This document shows, in pieces, positions 48,524 to 60,762 of a DNA stretch of 64,000 nucleotides. The DNA is from Protoeuglena noctilucae (Eukaryota). The notes under the pieces are model-generated. The model was not told the origin of the DNA and ran no database searches. It saw nothing but the letters and a program-made list of their open reading frames with translations. Numbering within the stretch: position 1 is the stretch's first letter; every line of letters starts with the position of its first letter. The position numbers and the translations under genes are program-made. Location: NCBI GenBank assembly GCA_958009085.1, contig OY253680.1, forward strand, positions 496,001-560,000, given 5' to 3'.

Positions 48524-50353
48524 ATGACGCCCTTGCGTGCGGGACCGGAGGGCTGCGAGGACCCGGAGCCAGAGACAACTCAGCTGGTCAAGGCAGACCC
48601 AGGCCGCGCGCCGCTGTCGGGCCCGCTCGAGGACTCCGCACCCGCCCCTCCACTCGGAGTCCTTGTCGGACTTGCTGCATGCGCCAGGTCGCCCCCCCAG
48701 GTGCCGCAACCAGCAGCCGCATGTCCGCGCCGCTGCTGAGTACCCCGCCGTTTCCATTGCAACCCCGTATCCTCCCTCCCTCGCAGGCGCTGGTGCATGG
48801 AGCTCTCATTCTGAATCAATTCCTCTTCTCGATGCTCCACATCACGAGCAAGCCCGCCCTGGCTCACATCCCGCCCCTGTGCTTCGCGACTCTGCGCCTT
48901 TCCATGGCGGTGCCCCTGCTGGGGCTGGCAGGCTACCTGGAGCGAGGATTCCCGGACATCTCGACGCGAGACGTCGCCCTGCTGATGGCCATGGGCGTGG
49001 TGGGCGTCTCGGTCCCACAGACCCTCATCTTCGTGGGGAATGAGCTTGCGGGGCCCGCCGTCATCTCCATCATGCAGGCGAGCCTTGGCGATCCGAGCGG
49101 CCTTCGGGCAAGCCGAGTGGCATTCGTCGCAGACGAGCTCCAAACCGACACGCGTTGTTAGCGCTCACTCAGTGCCACTCTTGCCGCCCCCCCAGCCAAC
49201 CCGTTGCTAGCGCTCGCTGACAGTGCCACTCTCGCCGCCATACGCAGCCAACCATCCCGGTGTGGACCTCGTTGCTGGCGGCCCTCCTGCGCCAGGAGCA
49301 CACGTCTTTTCTGAAGGCCATGGGTATCGCCCTCAGCGTGGGTGGCGCCCTGGTCCTCCTGGGCGTGTGGTCCTTGGACTTTCAAGACTCGACCACCGCG
49401 GGCACGCTCGTCATGGTCTTCCAGACGTCCTCGTACGCCGCGTTCCTCGTGGCCCTCTCCCGCTTCCTCCGCCGCGTGCCTCGCCCCTTCGCGGCTTTCT
49501 TTTACTGCTCCCTCGCCGGTCTCACCGTCTGCGGCGCCCTCGCCGTCCGCCCCTTCCTCCGCACATCGTGGCGCCACGTCCCCACCACTGCCTGGCTCGC
49601 CGTCGCCTGGGCCGGCATCGTCACGAGCTTCGTCGCGCACTCGCTCAACTCGTGGGCCGTCTCCCACGCTGCGGCGGTCGTGCCAGCTGTATACACTACG
49701 CTGCAGCCGGTCTGCACCGTCGTCCTCTCGAGCATCTTCCTCGGCGAGAGGATCCTCGCCAGGTGACCAAGAGGCATCTGGCGGACTTCTTCGCTGTAAG
49801 CTCATCTGCCATGTCAACGATCAGATGCTGTTTCTGAAAAGGCTCGTTGCCGTCCTCTCACACCCCCCAGCCGTACTGCTTCCCTGCCCTCACACGCCAG
49901 GTCATGCCCTGCCCCTGCAGGCACCTGGGCGGCTTCGCTCTGATCCTATCGGGCCTCGCAGTGATGGCCCGGGCGAAGCTGCTGGAGGACCGGAGAGCCA
50001 AGAGGGCCAAGTTGGCCTCTGGCGCTGATCTGAGGGCCATGGCGGCAGACGACGAGGCGCCATCCGCGCCGCCCTCCGTCCGCTTCCAAGCCTTACACGG
50101 CCGCAAGAGCGGGGCGCACGGGCCGGGGTCGGCGGACGGGGCGGAGGGCGTGGGGCTGCTGGGGCCGCGGGGGGCGAGGGACGGGGCATGGGCGGAGGGC
50201 TCGTGGGTGGAGGGCTCGCCTGAGGCGCGGGGTGGTGGGCTGGCGGGGTGGCACATGGAGGGCGCGGTGGCGGTGCGGGGGAGTGATGGCGAGGGTCCGC
50301 GGTGGGGCGGAGGGGAGGTGGTAGAGTTGGCGGCAAGGCGCGGGGAGGGGTAG
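48524..50353 (+). CDS. EamA/WAT1-like drug-metabolite transporter
   Basis: HIPPLCFATLRL, LMAMGVVGVSVPQTLIFVG, SIMQ|PTIPVWTSLLAALLRQE, AVVPAVYTTLQPVCTVVLSSIFLGE, LGGFALILSGL. Candidate starts include 48511 and 48524. Confidence 0.88.
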
Positions 50354-50631
50354 CGTGTTGTGCATGTGCGCGGGTTCTCGAAGTTTGGTGCTTTGACATA
50401 TGTACTGCATGACAGTCGTGCTTGAGTAGGCCATTGTTACTCATCGTTGGTGCCTAGCCTCGCTTTCAACCCTACCAAAGGGTCATAGGCCGTGCGATAG
50501 ACCCAGAGAACAGCAACCTCACCCGGTAGCTACTAAACAAAGCCAGGCAGCAATGCGCCAGGCAGCGTGCCCAGCAACCACGACCCCATCGGTGTGGCAG
50601 TGACATCCCGTCGCGCCATGGGCAGTCAGTA

Positions 50632-53600
50632 TCACTTGCGTCCCTTCCTGGCCTTGGACACCTTCTTTTTCTCCTTCTTGGGCATCTTGCTCTTCCTCCT
50701 CTCGCGGTTCTCCTCCTTCACCTTTTTCTTGTGCTCCTTCATCGCCGCCTTGCGCTCCTCACGCGTCATCCCAGGCGCGCCCTCCCACGCGACGCGGCCG
50801 CCCTCGTCGCTGCCGCTGCCGTCGCTCTCGTCCTCGCTGCCGTCATCATCGAGGTCATCGTCGCCATCATCGTCTTCATCCTCGCTCGCACCCATGCCCT
50901 CCCCACCGCTGCGAGCGTGCGGGAGCTCGCTCGTGAGTGATGCCTGCCACGCAAGCATGACTATGCCAAGCCCCACCAAGCAGCCCTCACCTCCCATCCC
51001 CGCTGCTCTCCGCCCTCTCCGCCCCCTCGCCCTCCCCCACCTCCCCCCGCCTCTCCGCCGCCCCCTTCTTTCGGTACTCCGCCCACACCTTGCACAGCTC
51101 CGCGGCACGCTTGGCGCCCCCCACGATCATCCCCTCCGGCAACGGCCCGTCCTGCGCACTCCCTTCCTCCCCAGGCCCCCCATCACCCTCCTCCACCCGC
51201 AGGTCCCTCAGCGTCATCACCAACGCCGAAGAACCCTCCTCACCCTCGCCCTCACCCCCCTCACCCTCGCTCGCGCCTGACTCAGCGCCTGACTCAGCCC
51301 CAGGGTCACCCGCATGCCCAGTGCCGCCCTCGTCACCCCGGCTGTGCTCACCGCCCCCTGCCGCCCCCACCGCCTCCACAGCCTCTGCCCCGACCCTTGC
51401 CTCGGTTCCCCGCGCCTCCCGTGGCGCGTCCCCAGCCTTGGCGGCCGCCTTGGCCGCACGCCTCCCGACGAAACGGTGCCCAGCGCTGGCCGACGCAGAG
51501 ACGGCACCGGGGCCCACCACACGCCCATGCGCACTCTGCAAGACAAGACGAGCAGCACGTGGGGGGTGAGGCAACGTGTGGCTTACATCAACACGGCATT
51601 CGGCGCTTCGTGCATGCCACCACTCCACACCCACAGCTGTACAACACCAGCACACCCCGCAGTCACCTTGCCATATGGGATGGCGAACCCCTCCCCCCCA
51701 TCCGCAGCCTGGTCATACAGCCACTCGTTCCCGTCCTTGGCTCCCCGACTGTCCGCATCCTTCAGTTTGTAGTCCTTGTAATCCTTCCCCGTCAACTCGG
51801 CCGCCTTGTCCAACACCCGAGGCTCCAACTGCGCCCCCGTCAGGTCGTCCCTCAACCCTGCGAAAGACCCAGTGTGAGTAGGTCAGATACAGATACACGG
51901 AACGAACTGACAGGCAAGGATGCCGAGGCTGGAATCGTGGCCAGCTGCCGCGCAAGAGCTTTTGACAAACAGGCTCCCCACCCAACACCGTTTCCACACT
52001 CACAGTAACTCACATCAGCTCACAACACTTCACACCCTTACCTCACCCAGGATGGTCTGGTAGAAGATCTCCCTCTCGCGCCCCTCGCGCCGGTCCTCGA
52101 CATCCCTCTCGTAGGCCGCCACCTCGTCGAGACGCCTGGGGATGAACGCGTGCTGGAACACCGCATCGGCCACCTCCTCCTCCGCAGACAGGTCCAGGGG
52201 ACGGGAACTGGCCAGGTCCATCTGGGCACAGGGAGCGGGGCGGGAGCGAACGCTTGCCTGTACGCGTGGCACCTAGTGAGTCATGCTGAAGTGCAGAGGT
52301 TCTGGTGTCGAAAACCTGGTGCTATCTAAGTTGATGGTAGGGGTGGTGGCACAGACCAGCTCAGTAGGTACTGATGGAGGCAGCGTGTGCGATAAGCCCG
52401 TCACCCCATGCGACACGCCTGCCCATGCACACACCATCGCATGCCACTCACCAGCGCCTGCAGCGTGGCGTCCTGGTTCGTGTCGTCCACGGTGGGGTCC
52501 ACCACGAACTCGAACAGCTCCCGGGTGGTGAGGGTGGCGACGCCGCTGCGACGGAAGTACGCGTTAACGTGCGCGCAGTCCTCTCTCAGAAAGGTAAGGG
52601 CGTGGGGATGATCGAGATCCACCGCTTGGGACACGTCGATGACCCACACCTCGCCCTCGTGCCACTGGGGGTGGTGGGGGATGGGGAGGTGGTGGATGAA
52701 AGGCGACAGGGCGGGTGCGAGGGCCAGCCAGGGTGCTGAGTGGTGCTGTGTGAGAGCAGGGGACAGCAGCTGGGTATACCGCGCTGTTGCCCACCAGTCC
52801 TGCCCACCTGCTACACTACTGGTCCCTCTCTCACCAGCCACCTGCACCCTCACCCTCAACTGCACCGCTTCTTGCCCCTCCCTCACCAGCAAGTTGTACT
52901 CGGACAGGTCCCCGTGCACGAGCCGGCACTCCTGGTAGAGCTTGCGCAGGATCAGGAGCAGGTCCAGGTAGGCCTCCCGCAGCTCTGCCTGACTCAGGCG
53001 GGCGTCGCGGATGCGCGGGGCAGCGGCGCCAGACTTCCCCAAAAACTCCATCACCAGGACGTGGAGCTTCAGCTCCAATGGCTGCATTTGAGTGAATGAT
53101 ATGAAGTGGTTGGCATCATGTAATATCGTCGTCGCAGTGTCGAGCTACAGAGATAGGGTCGGGAATCGTGGGCTCGATAGAGGCTGACTTGGCTGCAACG
53201 CGGTGCAGGTGAGGCGGGGCCACTCGCCTTGGGGCAGCGGATGCCGGCCTGGTGCAGGCGGTGGAGGTTGCGGAACTCCTTCTCCGCCCACATGGCCACC
53301 ATCTTGCGGGGGTTTTTGGAATACCCTCCCCGGAAACGGTAGTCGCCAGAAACGTACCGGTCCCGGTCCTTGAAGACGAGAATCGAGGTCTTAAAGATCT
53401 TGACGGCGACGTCCGAGCCCGACGACGTCTCGGCCGTGTACACGTTGGCCTCCTTGCCCGTCGACACGCAACCGTACATCTTGCTGCGCGAGGGAGGGGC
53501 GGCGAGTGAGTGGGGCTGAGTGAGCGGGGACGGGTGAGCGGGGGTGGCAGCATAGACGGGACATGCAGGCGGGGAAGTAAGCGTGGACAAGGAGACATGG

Positions 53601-54703
53601 GAGTGAGGGTCAGCATAGGGGCAGCACACCTGAAGACGCCTGCCCCGGCCATCTTGCTGAGGATGCGCATGGTGCGAGGGTCGAGGACCAACTCCACCGT
53701 GGCGCGGTCGGACTTGTCCTGCAAATACCGCGCAATAGCACAGATTGAGATTGGTGTTGGATGGTTCAGAGGCGCTGGCAAGCATGCAGCCTCAATGACA
53801 AGGGTGAACCTGCAATGCGCGGCGATAAGCGCTCGGCACCTTGCGTCGGATGGTCTGGTTGAGTTGGGCGGCGGATGCGGCACGGATGGTCGTGCGCACG
53901 CCTCCGGAGACCTTAATGCCCGGGTCCCAGTCATCCATATGGCCGCCCCCGCCCCTGCAAGCAAGCCGAGAGGTGCTGACATGCAGCACGGCACGTCCCT
54001 CCGCATGCATGTCATGGCATTCACGACTATGACGGACATGAGCGTTACACGAGGTCAGCAACGGCGATGCTTGTGCAGCTGTCATGGCATGTCCGTTGCG
54101 CCCATCTGCTCGCTCCTCGCCGTCACACGTTAGACACCATTCACTATATCACCTGCGGTTGTGTTTCATGCCGATGCCCTCAGAGACCTCCTCCAGCGCC
54201 CGCCGAGCCGTCGCCCTGTGGGTCCGCCTGGCGGCCTGGGGAGCCAAGTCCTGCGAGGACCAACGCAGGCGAATATTTGACGAAATCGAAGAAATCGGTG
54301 CATAATATCCTTCGATTGTCGACAATGCACAAGTGAAGGACGCCGGCACAACGCGGCAGGAGTCCGCGGGCGTGCTGCAAGGCCACCGTGGCACGGCGCT
54401 GGCGCTGCTCCCCGCCCCAAGCGAAAGCGGCCACCGTCCCGGCGGCGAGGATGCGCCCGCCATGCGCACGCATGCAACGGATACAGGGAACACCTCAGCA
54501 GGCGCGCAGAGCGGACGCCCGCTCGCCTCCTCGTCCGTGCCCGACGGCAGCGACGCTTCCGAGGCGTCGTCGCGCGCCGGCGCTGGATGCGGCTGGCCGG
54601 GACCTCTCCTCCTCCTCTCCCTCGCCTCTAACGGGGCATCTTCAGGCATCCCGGCTTCCGCCACTGCAGATGCGCTGGACGGGGCTGCGTCGTCCTCAGG
54701 CAT
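50632..54703 (-). CDS. RIO1: RIO1 atypical kinase (40S maturation)
   Basis: [95 protein letters not shown]-terminal [27 protein letters not shown]. Confidence 0.95.
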
Positions 54704-55057
54704 CCTGGGCTGGCGTCGAGGTCCGCCGCGGCACGGCCCAGGCTCTACGGAACGAGCGATGAACGAGAGGAAACCGTCAGGGCCGAGGTTGAGGCTCCCG
54801 CCTCTCGCGTGTCAGTGCTCGCTCGGTGTGCAGCACAGGCCACGCTCGCAGCCATACAGACGTCCCTCTACATCCACAGGTGCAGCAGTTGAAGAAACTA
54901 TCACTGCCTAAACTCACAAGGCAGCGCCCTGGCTTCCACGCGCGCTATTCGTTGAGCCGCGTGCTCGCCCTCGCCCCGGGATGGATTTGCTTCAGCGAGT
55001 TCTTCGTGACGGCACGCCCTCGAAAGCGGCATTAGCCAGTGAGCAGCAGTGGTGGCA

Positions 55058-56592
55058 ATGCCGGCCTCGCTCGAAGCCCTCGCCGCGCCGCGACTCTCAG
55101 ACGCGCTTTACTCGGCCCTCCTTGCAGACTTCGTGCTTGTATCCTCGCATCTAGAGGTCCCCGGCACGCTTAACATCGTCGCTCACGCACTGGCTCGCGC
55201 GGCGGAGGCGTGCGGGCAGGGACGGGGCCAGGCTGCGCGCGTACTGTGCGTGTGTGTAGACGAGGGGCCCGACGAGCTCCGGGCGCTGATCCCCGACGGG
55301 TCGGCGCGCACCGTCGCATTCCTCGACGCTTATCGCGACGCGGCGGGATGGCTGCGGGACGCACCAGGCCCTGAGGGTTGCCCGGGGGTGCTGTCCCCGG
55401 GCGGCCTCGATCGCCTGATGCGCTGCATCGCCGAGCACCCGCTGGCCCAGCGTGCCAGGGACGCCGCAGGGACCCTCGCGTCCGGTTCCGAGCCGTGCCG
55501 ACCTCTCATCGTCGTCATATACTCCCTCAGGCGAGCCCCAGTCGGTGTCGCGCCTGCTGCGTTTTGCGACGGCCCCCAAGGCGCAAACCTCGTCGTTCTG
55601 CGGCCCCCACAGTTCCCTGGCCGTGGTACATGGCGCCCCCGCAGCCGTGACCTTTGCTCGCTCTCTGCGCGCCGCCCCTGGGGTGTCGTCCGTGGTGGCG
55701 GTAGTGCACGGCGATGCGCACTCAGCGGGGGACCGAGCCGCGCTGACCTCCGGCGCCGCCGCCGCCGCGGCGATGGTTCCGGCGTCTGCGCTGCAGTGTG
55801 ACCTCGCGGAGGCGAAAGAGGGCTGGCGGCCGGTGGGGTCACTGCGGACATGGGCCGTCAGGGTGCGCGCTTGGGGTGGCGCGGCGCAGCGGGCGTCCAC
55901 GCAGCTATTCGGGTTGGGAGGCGGGGGCAGCGCAGTGGGCGGAGTGCGGTTCGTCGAAGCGCCGCGGGCGCAGGGCGGGGCGAAGGACTTGGCAGCAGCC
56001 GCTCTGAAGGTGACTTGCCGGTGTGCATGCGGCATGTGATCCCCAGCTGCTCCTACCGATGCCGATCGATACGACACCAGAGTATCATTCGTAGATGATC
56101 GCAATAGTCTTTGCAAAGCCCATCGTGACCGGTCGCTACGCTGGTGTCACGCAGGGGGAGCTGGGGCCTGGCGCGAGGGACGGTGGTGCTGGGGGTGCAG
56201 CACCTGCACAGGACGCGGTGGAGGAGCTGAGCCGGCTCAGCGGCATGGATCTGCGCGTCACGGAGGAGCAGCAGCGGGCGAGGGAGCAGGTGAGACTGTG
56301 AGCATACGCAGGCAGCTGCTACCAGTCTTGGGCGGAACTGGCAAGGAGCTCACTGCCCGTGTCCGGCGGCGTTTGATCGCAGGTGGTTCTACCGTACGAG
56401 CACCGAGGGCAGTCGGCGAGATACGCCACCACTGCGTTCGAGGAATATTTGCCGCCAGCGGCGGGCGGGCGCGGGGCGGGGCGTCCGGTCGAGGGCGTGG
56501 GCAGCGGGAAGCTCGGCCACATTTTATACGTGAGGGACAGCGAGAGCGAGCACGACAGCGACGAGGACCCCGACGACGATTTGGACATTTGA
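55058..56592 (+). CDS. ELP5: Elongator complex protein 5-like
   Basis: C-terminal MDLRVTEEQQRAREQ|VVLPYEH..GHILYVRDSESEHDSDEDPDDDLDI* is typical of ELP5; internal AFLDAYRDAAGW and VVHGDAH. Confidence 0.75.
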
Positions 56593-56786
56593 GGACATCC
56601 ACCCCATCGGGGTGGATTGGCCCTTGCTGACTGTGCTCGGTGTATGTTTGAACGTCAGTGGCACAGCAAGCATCACGCGCACGTGTTGTTGCGTTTCCTA
56701 TCGACTGCGTAGAATGACGCGTCCTATCCTAGAGTGTCGTGAGGAGTGCAGCCCTGCATGGCCCGTCGGACCATGACGACTCCCCA

Positions 56787-58324
56787 TCACCAGGGCACCT
56801 GGAGCCCGAGCGCCCGCACTTCGTACTGCACAATGTCCTCCCCTTCCTCCAGCGGGAGCCTGCGCGGGAACTTGACCCCTCCAGCCATCCGCAGGCGCAC
56901 TCCCTGCTTGGTGCGCACGGTCCAGTCCGTCTCGACGGACCCTGGCGTCAGGAAGATGCCAGAACCCATCTCGTAGTTCAGCGAGATGTGCACGCCAGCC
57001 GGGGGCTCCAGGGGCTTGCTGCGAGGACCCACGAGGGCGACAGCGTGTCCTGACTGATCCCACACACGAGTGGGATTGACAGTTGCACAACGGAGAGGCA
57101 CAGCGATGATCCGAGCAAGGGCAGCGACAAGGGAGCATTGGATGCATCATTCAGGTGTCCTGCCACAACACGCACGGCACTCACTCGAGGTGCACGAGGG
57201 GGCACGAGTACCGGAGGGAGAGCGACAGAGGCGAGGTCTTGGATTCCCCCACCAGGGTGCCGGGGACGCGCCAGTTGCCCTCGATGTTCAGGGATGGCTC
57301 GGGCCACGCGTTGACTGCGCGGAGGGTAGAAGGGGCACGCTTGGCACGGCCAGCGGGTGGCGCGCCGCAGCAGCAGCAGCAGCCCCCGCCGCTCACCACA
57401 CACAAAGTCCCCGACCCGCACGCGCGCGTGAGGCTCCAGCTTGCGCCGATCGAGGTCGTATAGCACGCCGACGCCCAGGTCCAAGGGAGCCCGGTCCTTC
57501 CAGAGCAACGTGCCGCCCTTCTGCCACCAGGGCCGACCGGGCCGGGCGCGAGGCGGGGCACCACCGGGATTCACAGCCTGCCCGGCACGCGGCGCGCCGG
57601 CCTGGTTGGCGGCGGCGGGGCTGCCGCGCGGGGCACCCCCGCGGTTGGCCTGGGCCGGTGGCACCGTCGTCCCAGTGGACCAATCCCCGCCCATGGCCTG
57701 CGCCTTCGCCTCGTCGTGTTTCCCGGCGTCTTCTTCCTCGGAGACCTCCACGTCGCCGAGGCGGAGGTAGCGGGCCACCTTGATGCGGCCCCCTGACACG
57801 GGGCTGACCTGCTGGGCGGCCGTGGTCTGGCGGAAGGACTGGCGACGGCGGAGGAATTGCGGCACTGCGGGGCGGGACGCAGGGGTGGATCGCATGCGCT
57901 CAGGACCTCACTGCTGGGGCGCGGGTGCGGGGACGGCATGCGCACCCATGCTGCCGCGGCCGTCGCCAGGCGCTCGGTTCGAGGGGAGCTGGTCCGGCCA
58001 CAGGAGGGATCCTCCTGGCACCGCGGCCGTGCCAGCGCCCGGGCGCGCGAGGTCGAGCTGAAAGACGCCTTTGGTGCTGTGGTGACACGGCCGGGGTTCA
58101 CACAGTCACATTGCAAGGGTGGCTTGGGACGCGGACCTGTGCCTCCTGCCAATCGCGCGATCGGTGGGCCAATCGCACCTGGTGAAGATCGGCTTCAATG
58201 CGTTCCCGACGAAACTGTCCGTCAGGGCGTTGAACCAGCCGAACCCCGCTCCCGACGGCTTCTTCTCCACCGCCCCGGCGCCATGCTCCAAGACAAACGT
58301 CCCCCCCGTTCCGCCCGACGCCAT
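56787..58324 (-). CDS. Hypothetical protein with beta-strand-rich C-terminal half
   Basis: In-frame spliced exons MASGGTGG..KPIFT|STKGVFQLDL..|VPQFLRR..LDLGVGVLYDLDRRKLEPHARVRVGDFV|..LSLSLRYSCP..|..VRLRMAGGVKFPRRLP..VRALGLQVPW*. Confidence 0.65.
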
Positions 58325-58796
58325 GGCGACCGACACAGAAGACTCCTGTGTACAAGATTGGGCAGGTTTTGGCAATCGGAAAGGCCCCCATCCGATGCGG
58401 TCGCCGATGCAAGGCGAGCGTCCCTCGCCTGCCCGTCGGGCCGTGCCTTGGCCTCCCAAGAGATGAGACGGCCAGGCCCGGTTTCTTTTACAGTCGAAGT
58501 TTGCTAACGAGTGGGCGGAAGTGGCTTTTTCGGGTGGCGGGAGCGGCGCAAGAAAAGTAGGGCAATGTATTGCGAGAGCAGAGCGGGGGCGGGTCGGGAG
58601 CAGCTGCCCTCATTTACATTTAGTGTCCCTGACATCTTGGATTCCGGATCGGTGCGCGGCGTGCAGGAATATCGGCGAACGAGCAGAAACGTCGCATTTG
58701 CCGCGTGCGTTTGCGTGCGAACGGCGGGAGTGATAATTCGTTAGGAATCGTCCCGAGCTCCGTCCGTCCCCGGGCTCTGCGGCGGCGCGCGTGGCC

Positions 58797-60632
58797 ATGA
58801 GCCTGGCGGCAGAGCTGGATGACCTCAAAAGCCTCCTCACCCCGCGACAGTCCAAGAGGGCAGCGGCAAATAGGTCCCCAGGCCCGTTCACCGCTTCCCG
58901 CCATGCATCGCTGGCGACCAGCGGGGGCCTGGGGGCCCTCTCACCCCGCTCACCAGGTGACGAGCCAGGAGAGGCCGAGGGTGCGTTTGGTGTGAGGGAA
59001 ACAAACGACGTTTGCAAGTGCCTGCCCGCACTGCCACGCGGAGGCCCATCGCGCCCCGCGGAGCGCTTCGGCCATCCTCGCATGTCGGCCGCAACAACGC
59101 CTTCGTCCGAGCCCCGCGGCCCCGCCCGTGCGCGAGCAGCCGCGGCCCTGTCTCCTCGCGCAGGTTCCACTTTTCCCGCGGGGGATATGGCGACGACCGT
59201 TCCCCGGAGCTTGAAGAAGGCCGAGGGTGTCGTGGCATCGCTCTCGCGCTCCCTGTCCCTTGCCGGTGAGAGCGGGGCGCAGCCAAACGTGCCAGGCGGA
59301 CGCCACCACGCCTATTACCGGCCCTCGCACCGCTGCTGCCTGGCCGTCCCTGGCCTCGCAGCCTCAGCCACACGCACCCGTACCACGGCATCCCACCGCA
59401 TGCGTGCCCTGGGCCTGCAGACCGCGAGATGGAGGACGCCGTGCGCCAAGCGCGGGAGCTGCACCGGCAGGCGCTGGCGCAGAAGGACCAGGAGATCGAC
59501 GAGCTGCGGCGCGCGCTGGCTGTCAAGGACCGTGCGGTCGACACGGCGCGGGAGTCGACGGCGTCGCGCGTGACCACGCTCGAGGCGCGGGTGAGGGACC
59601 TCGAGGCGCAGCTGGCGGACTCGGCGGCGGAGTCCCGGCAGCTGCGGGACCTCGTGGGGCAGGCGCGGCAGGACCAGGCGGCGGCGGAGGCCAGGGCGGA
59701 CAGCGAGCGGCAGCAGCTGGACGCGGAGAGGGCGTCGTGGGAGGCGCGGCTGGAGGCGGAGCGCGCGACGTGGCAGGCGCGCGTGGATGCCGAGCGGGAC
59801 CGGGCGCAGCGGGAGGCCGCCCAAGCGGAGGAGCTGCGGGTGCGGCTGGCCCGGGCGCAGGCGGCCGAGCAGCAGGCGTCGCGGAAAGCCCAGGTCGCGG
59901 CGGAGGAGCACACGCGCGCGGCGGCCGCCGCGCGGTCGCGGGAGAGCGAGTGGCAGAGCACGATGGACGACAACAGGTGCCTGGAGTGTGCGGGTGTCAC
60001 CATGTGGAGACACGCGGGCTTGAGCGGGCCAGGAGAGAGGGGTGCTCATCCAACTGCGTCGCAGAAAGATGCGGGAGGAGCTGGCGGAGGCCCGGTCTCT
60101 GGTGGCCCAGGCCCGGGAGGCGCTGCGGCTGGAGGAGTACAAGCGCCGTCAGGCGGTGTCCAAGCTGCACGCGGAGCGCAAGGGCCGTCTCAAGGCCAGC
60201 GAAGTGGACGAGATCAAGCAGCGGCTGCTGGGGGAGCGCCGGGCGCGGAAAGCCCTGGAGCAGTGGCTGCAGAGCGAGCTTAAGGCGAGATGCCGGGCTT
60301 CAGCTGAAGAACTGGGGCTGCAGGTCGAGAGCGGGGTCGGGCGTTCTGCAATTCGCTTTGCATGTGTGCGCTCGCAGTCTCGTGAGGAGATGGAGGTGCT
60401 CTTCACGGCGTTGCGGGACGTGGCGCTGACCAAGCCGCAGCTTTCCGCGGAGGTCGCGGAGCTCATCCGCCTGCTGCGCAAGTACGAGGACCGGCTGGGG
60501 GGCATGCATGCCCAGGGGGCGGCTGAGCCGGGGCACGTGGCGGCGTCTTCGATGCTCGACCGCGACAGCCGGGCGCTACGGGAGGAGATATCCAAGCTGC
60601 GCGCGGTGCTCCAGGAGAAGCTCGCGCTCTGA
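58797..60632 (+). CDS. Coiled-coil protein of unknown function
   Basis: MSLAAELDDLKSLL; long E/R/A/Q heptad-like exons; ALEQWLQSELK|SREEMEVLFTALRDVAL (GC-AG intron at 60285). Confidence 0.75.
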
Positions 60633-60762
60633 GAGACAGCGTAGCGCAGATCACCTAGCAGTTTCAATGCCTAGGAAGTCTATTGGCCATGTCATGCTAG
60701 CGGCTTGTCGGTGGCGGTCCGAGGCAAGCGCGCACTGGCATGCCTCGGCCGCGTCCCCCGCG

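Noticed and set aside
50567..51280. Hydrophobic plus-strand ORF ([13 protein letters not shown])
   Set aside because: Antisense of the Lys/Glu-rich RIO1 C-terminus.
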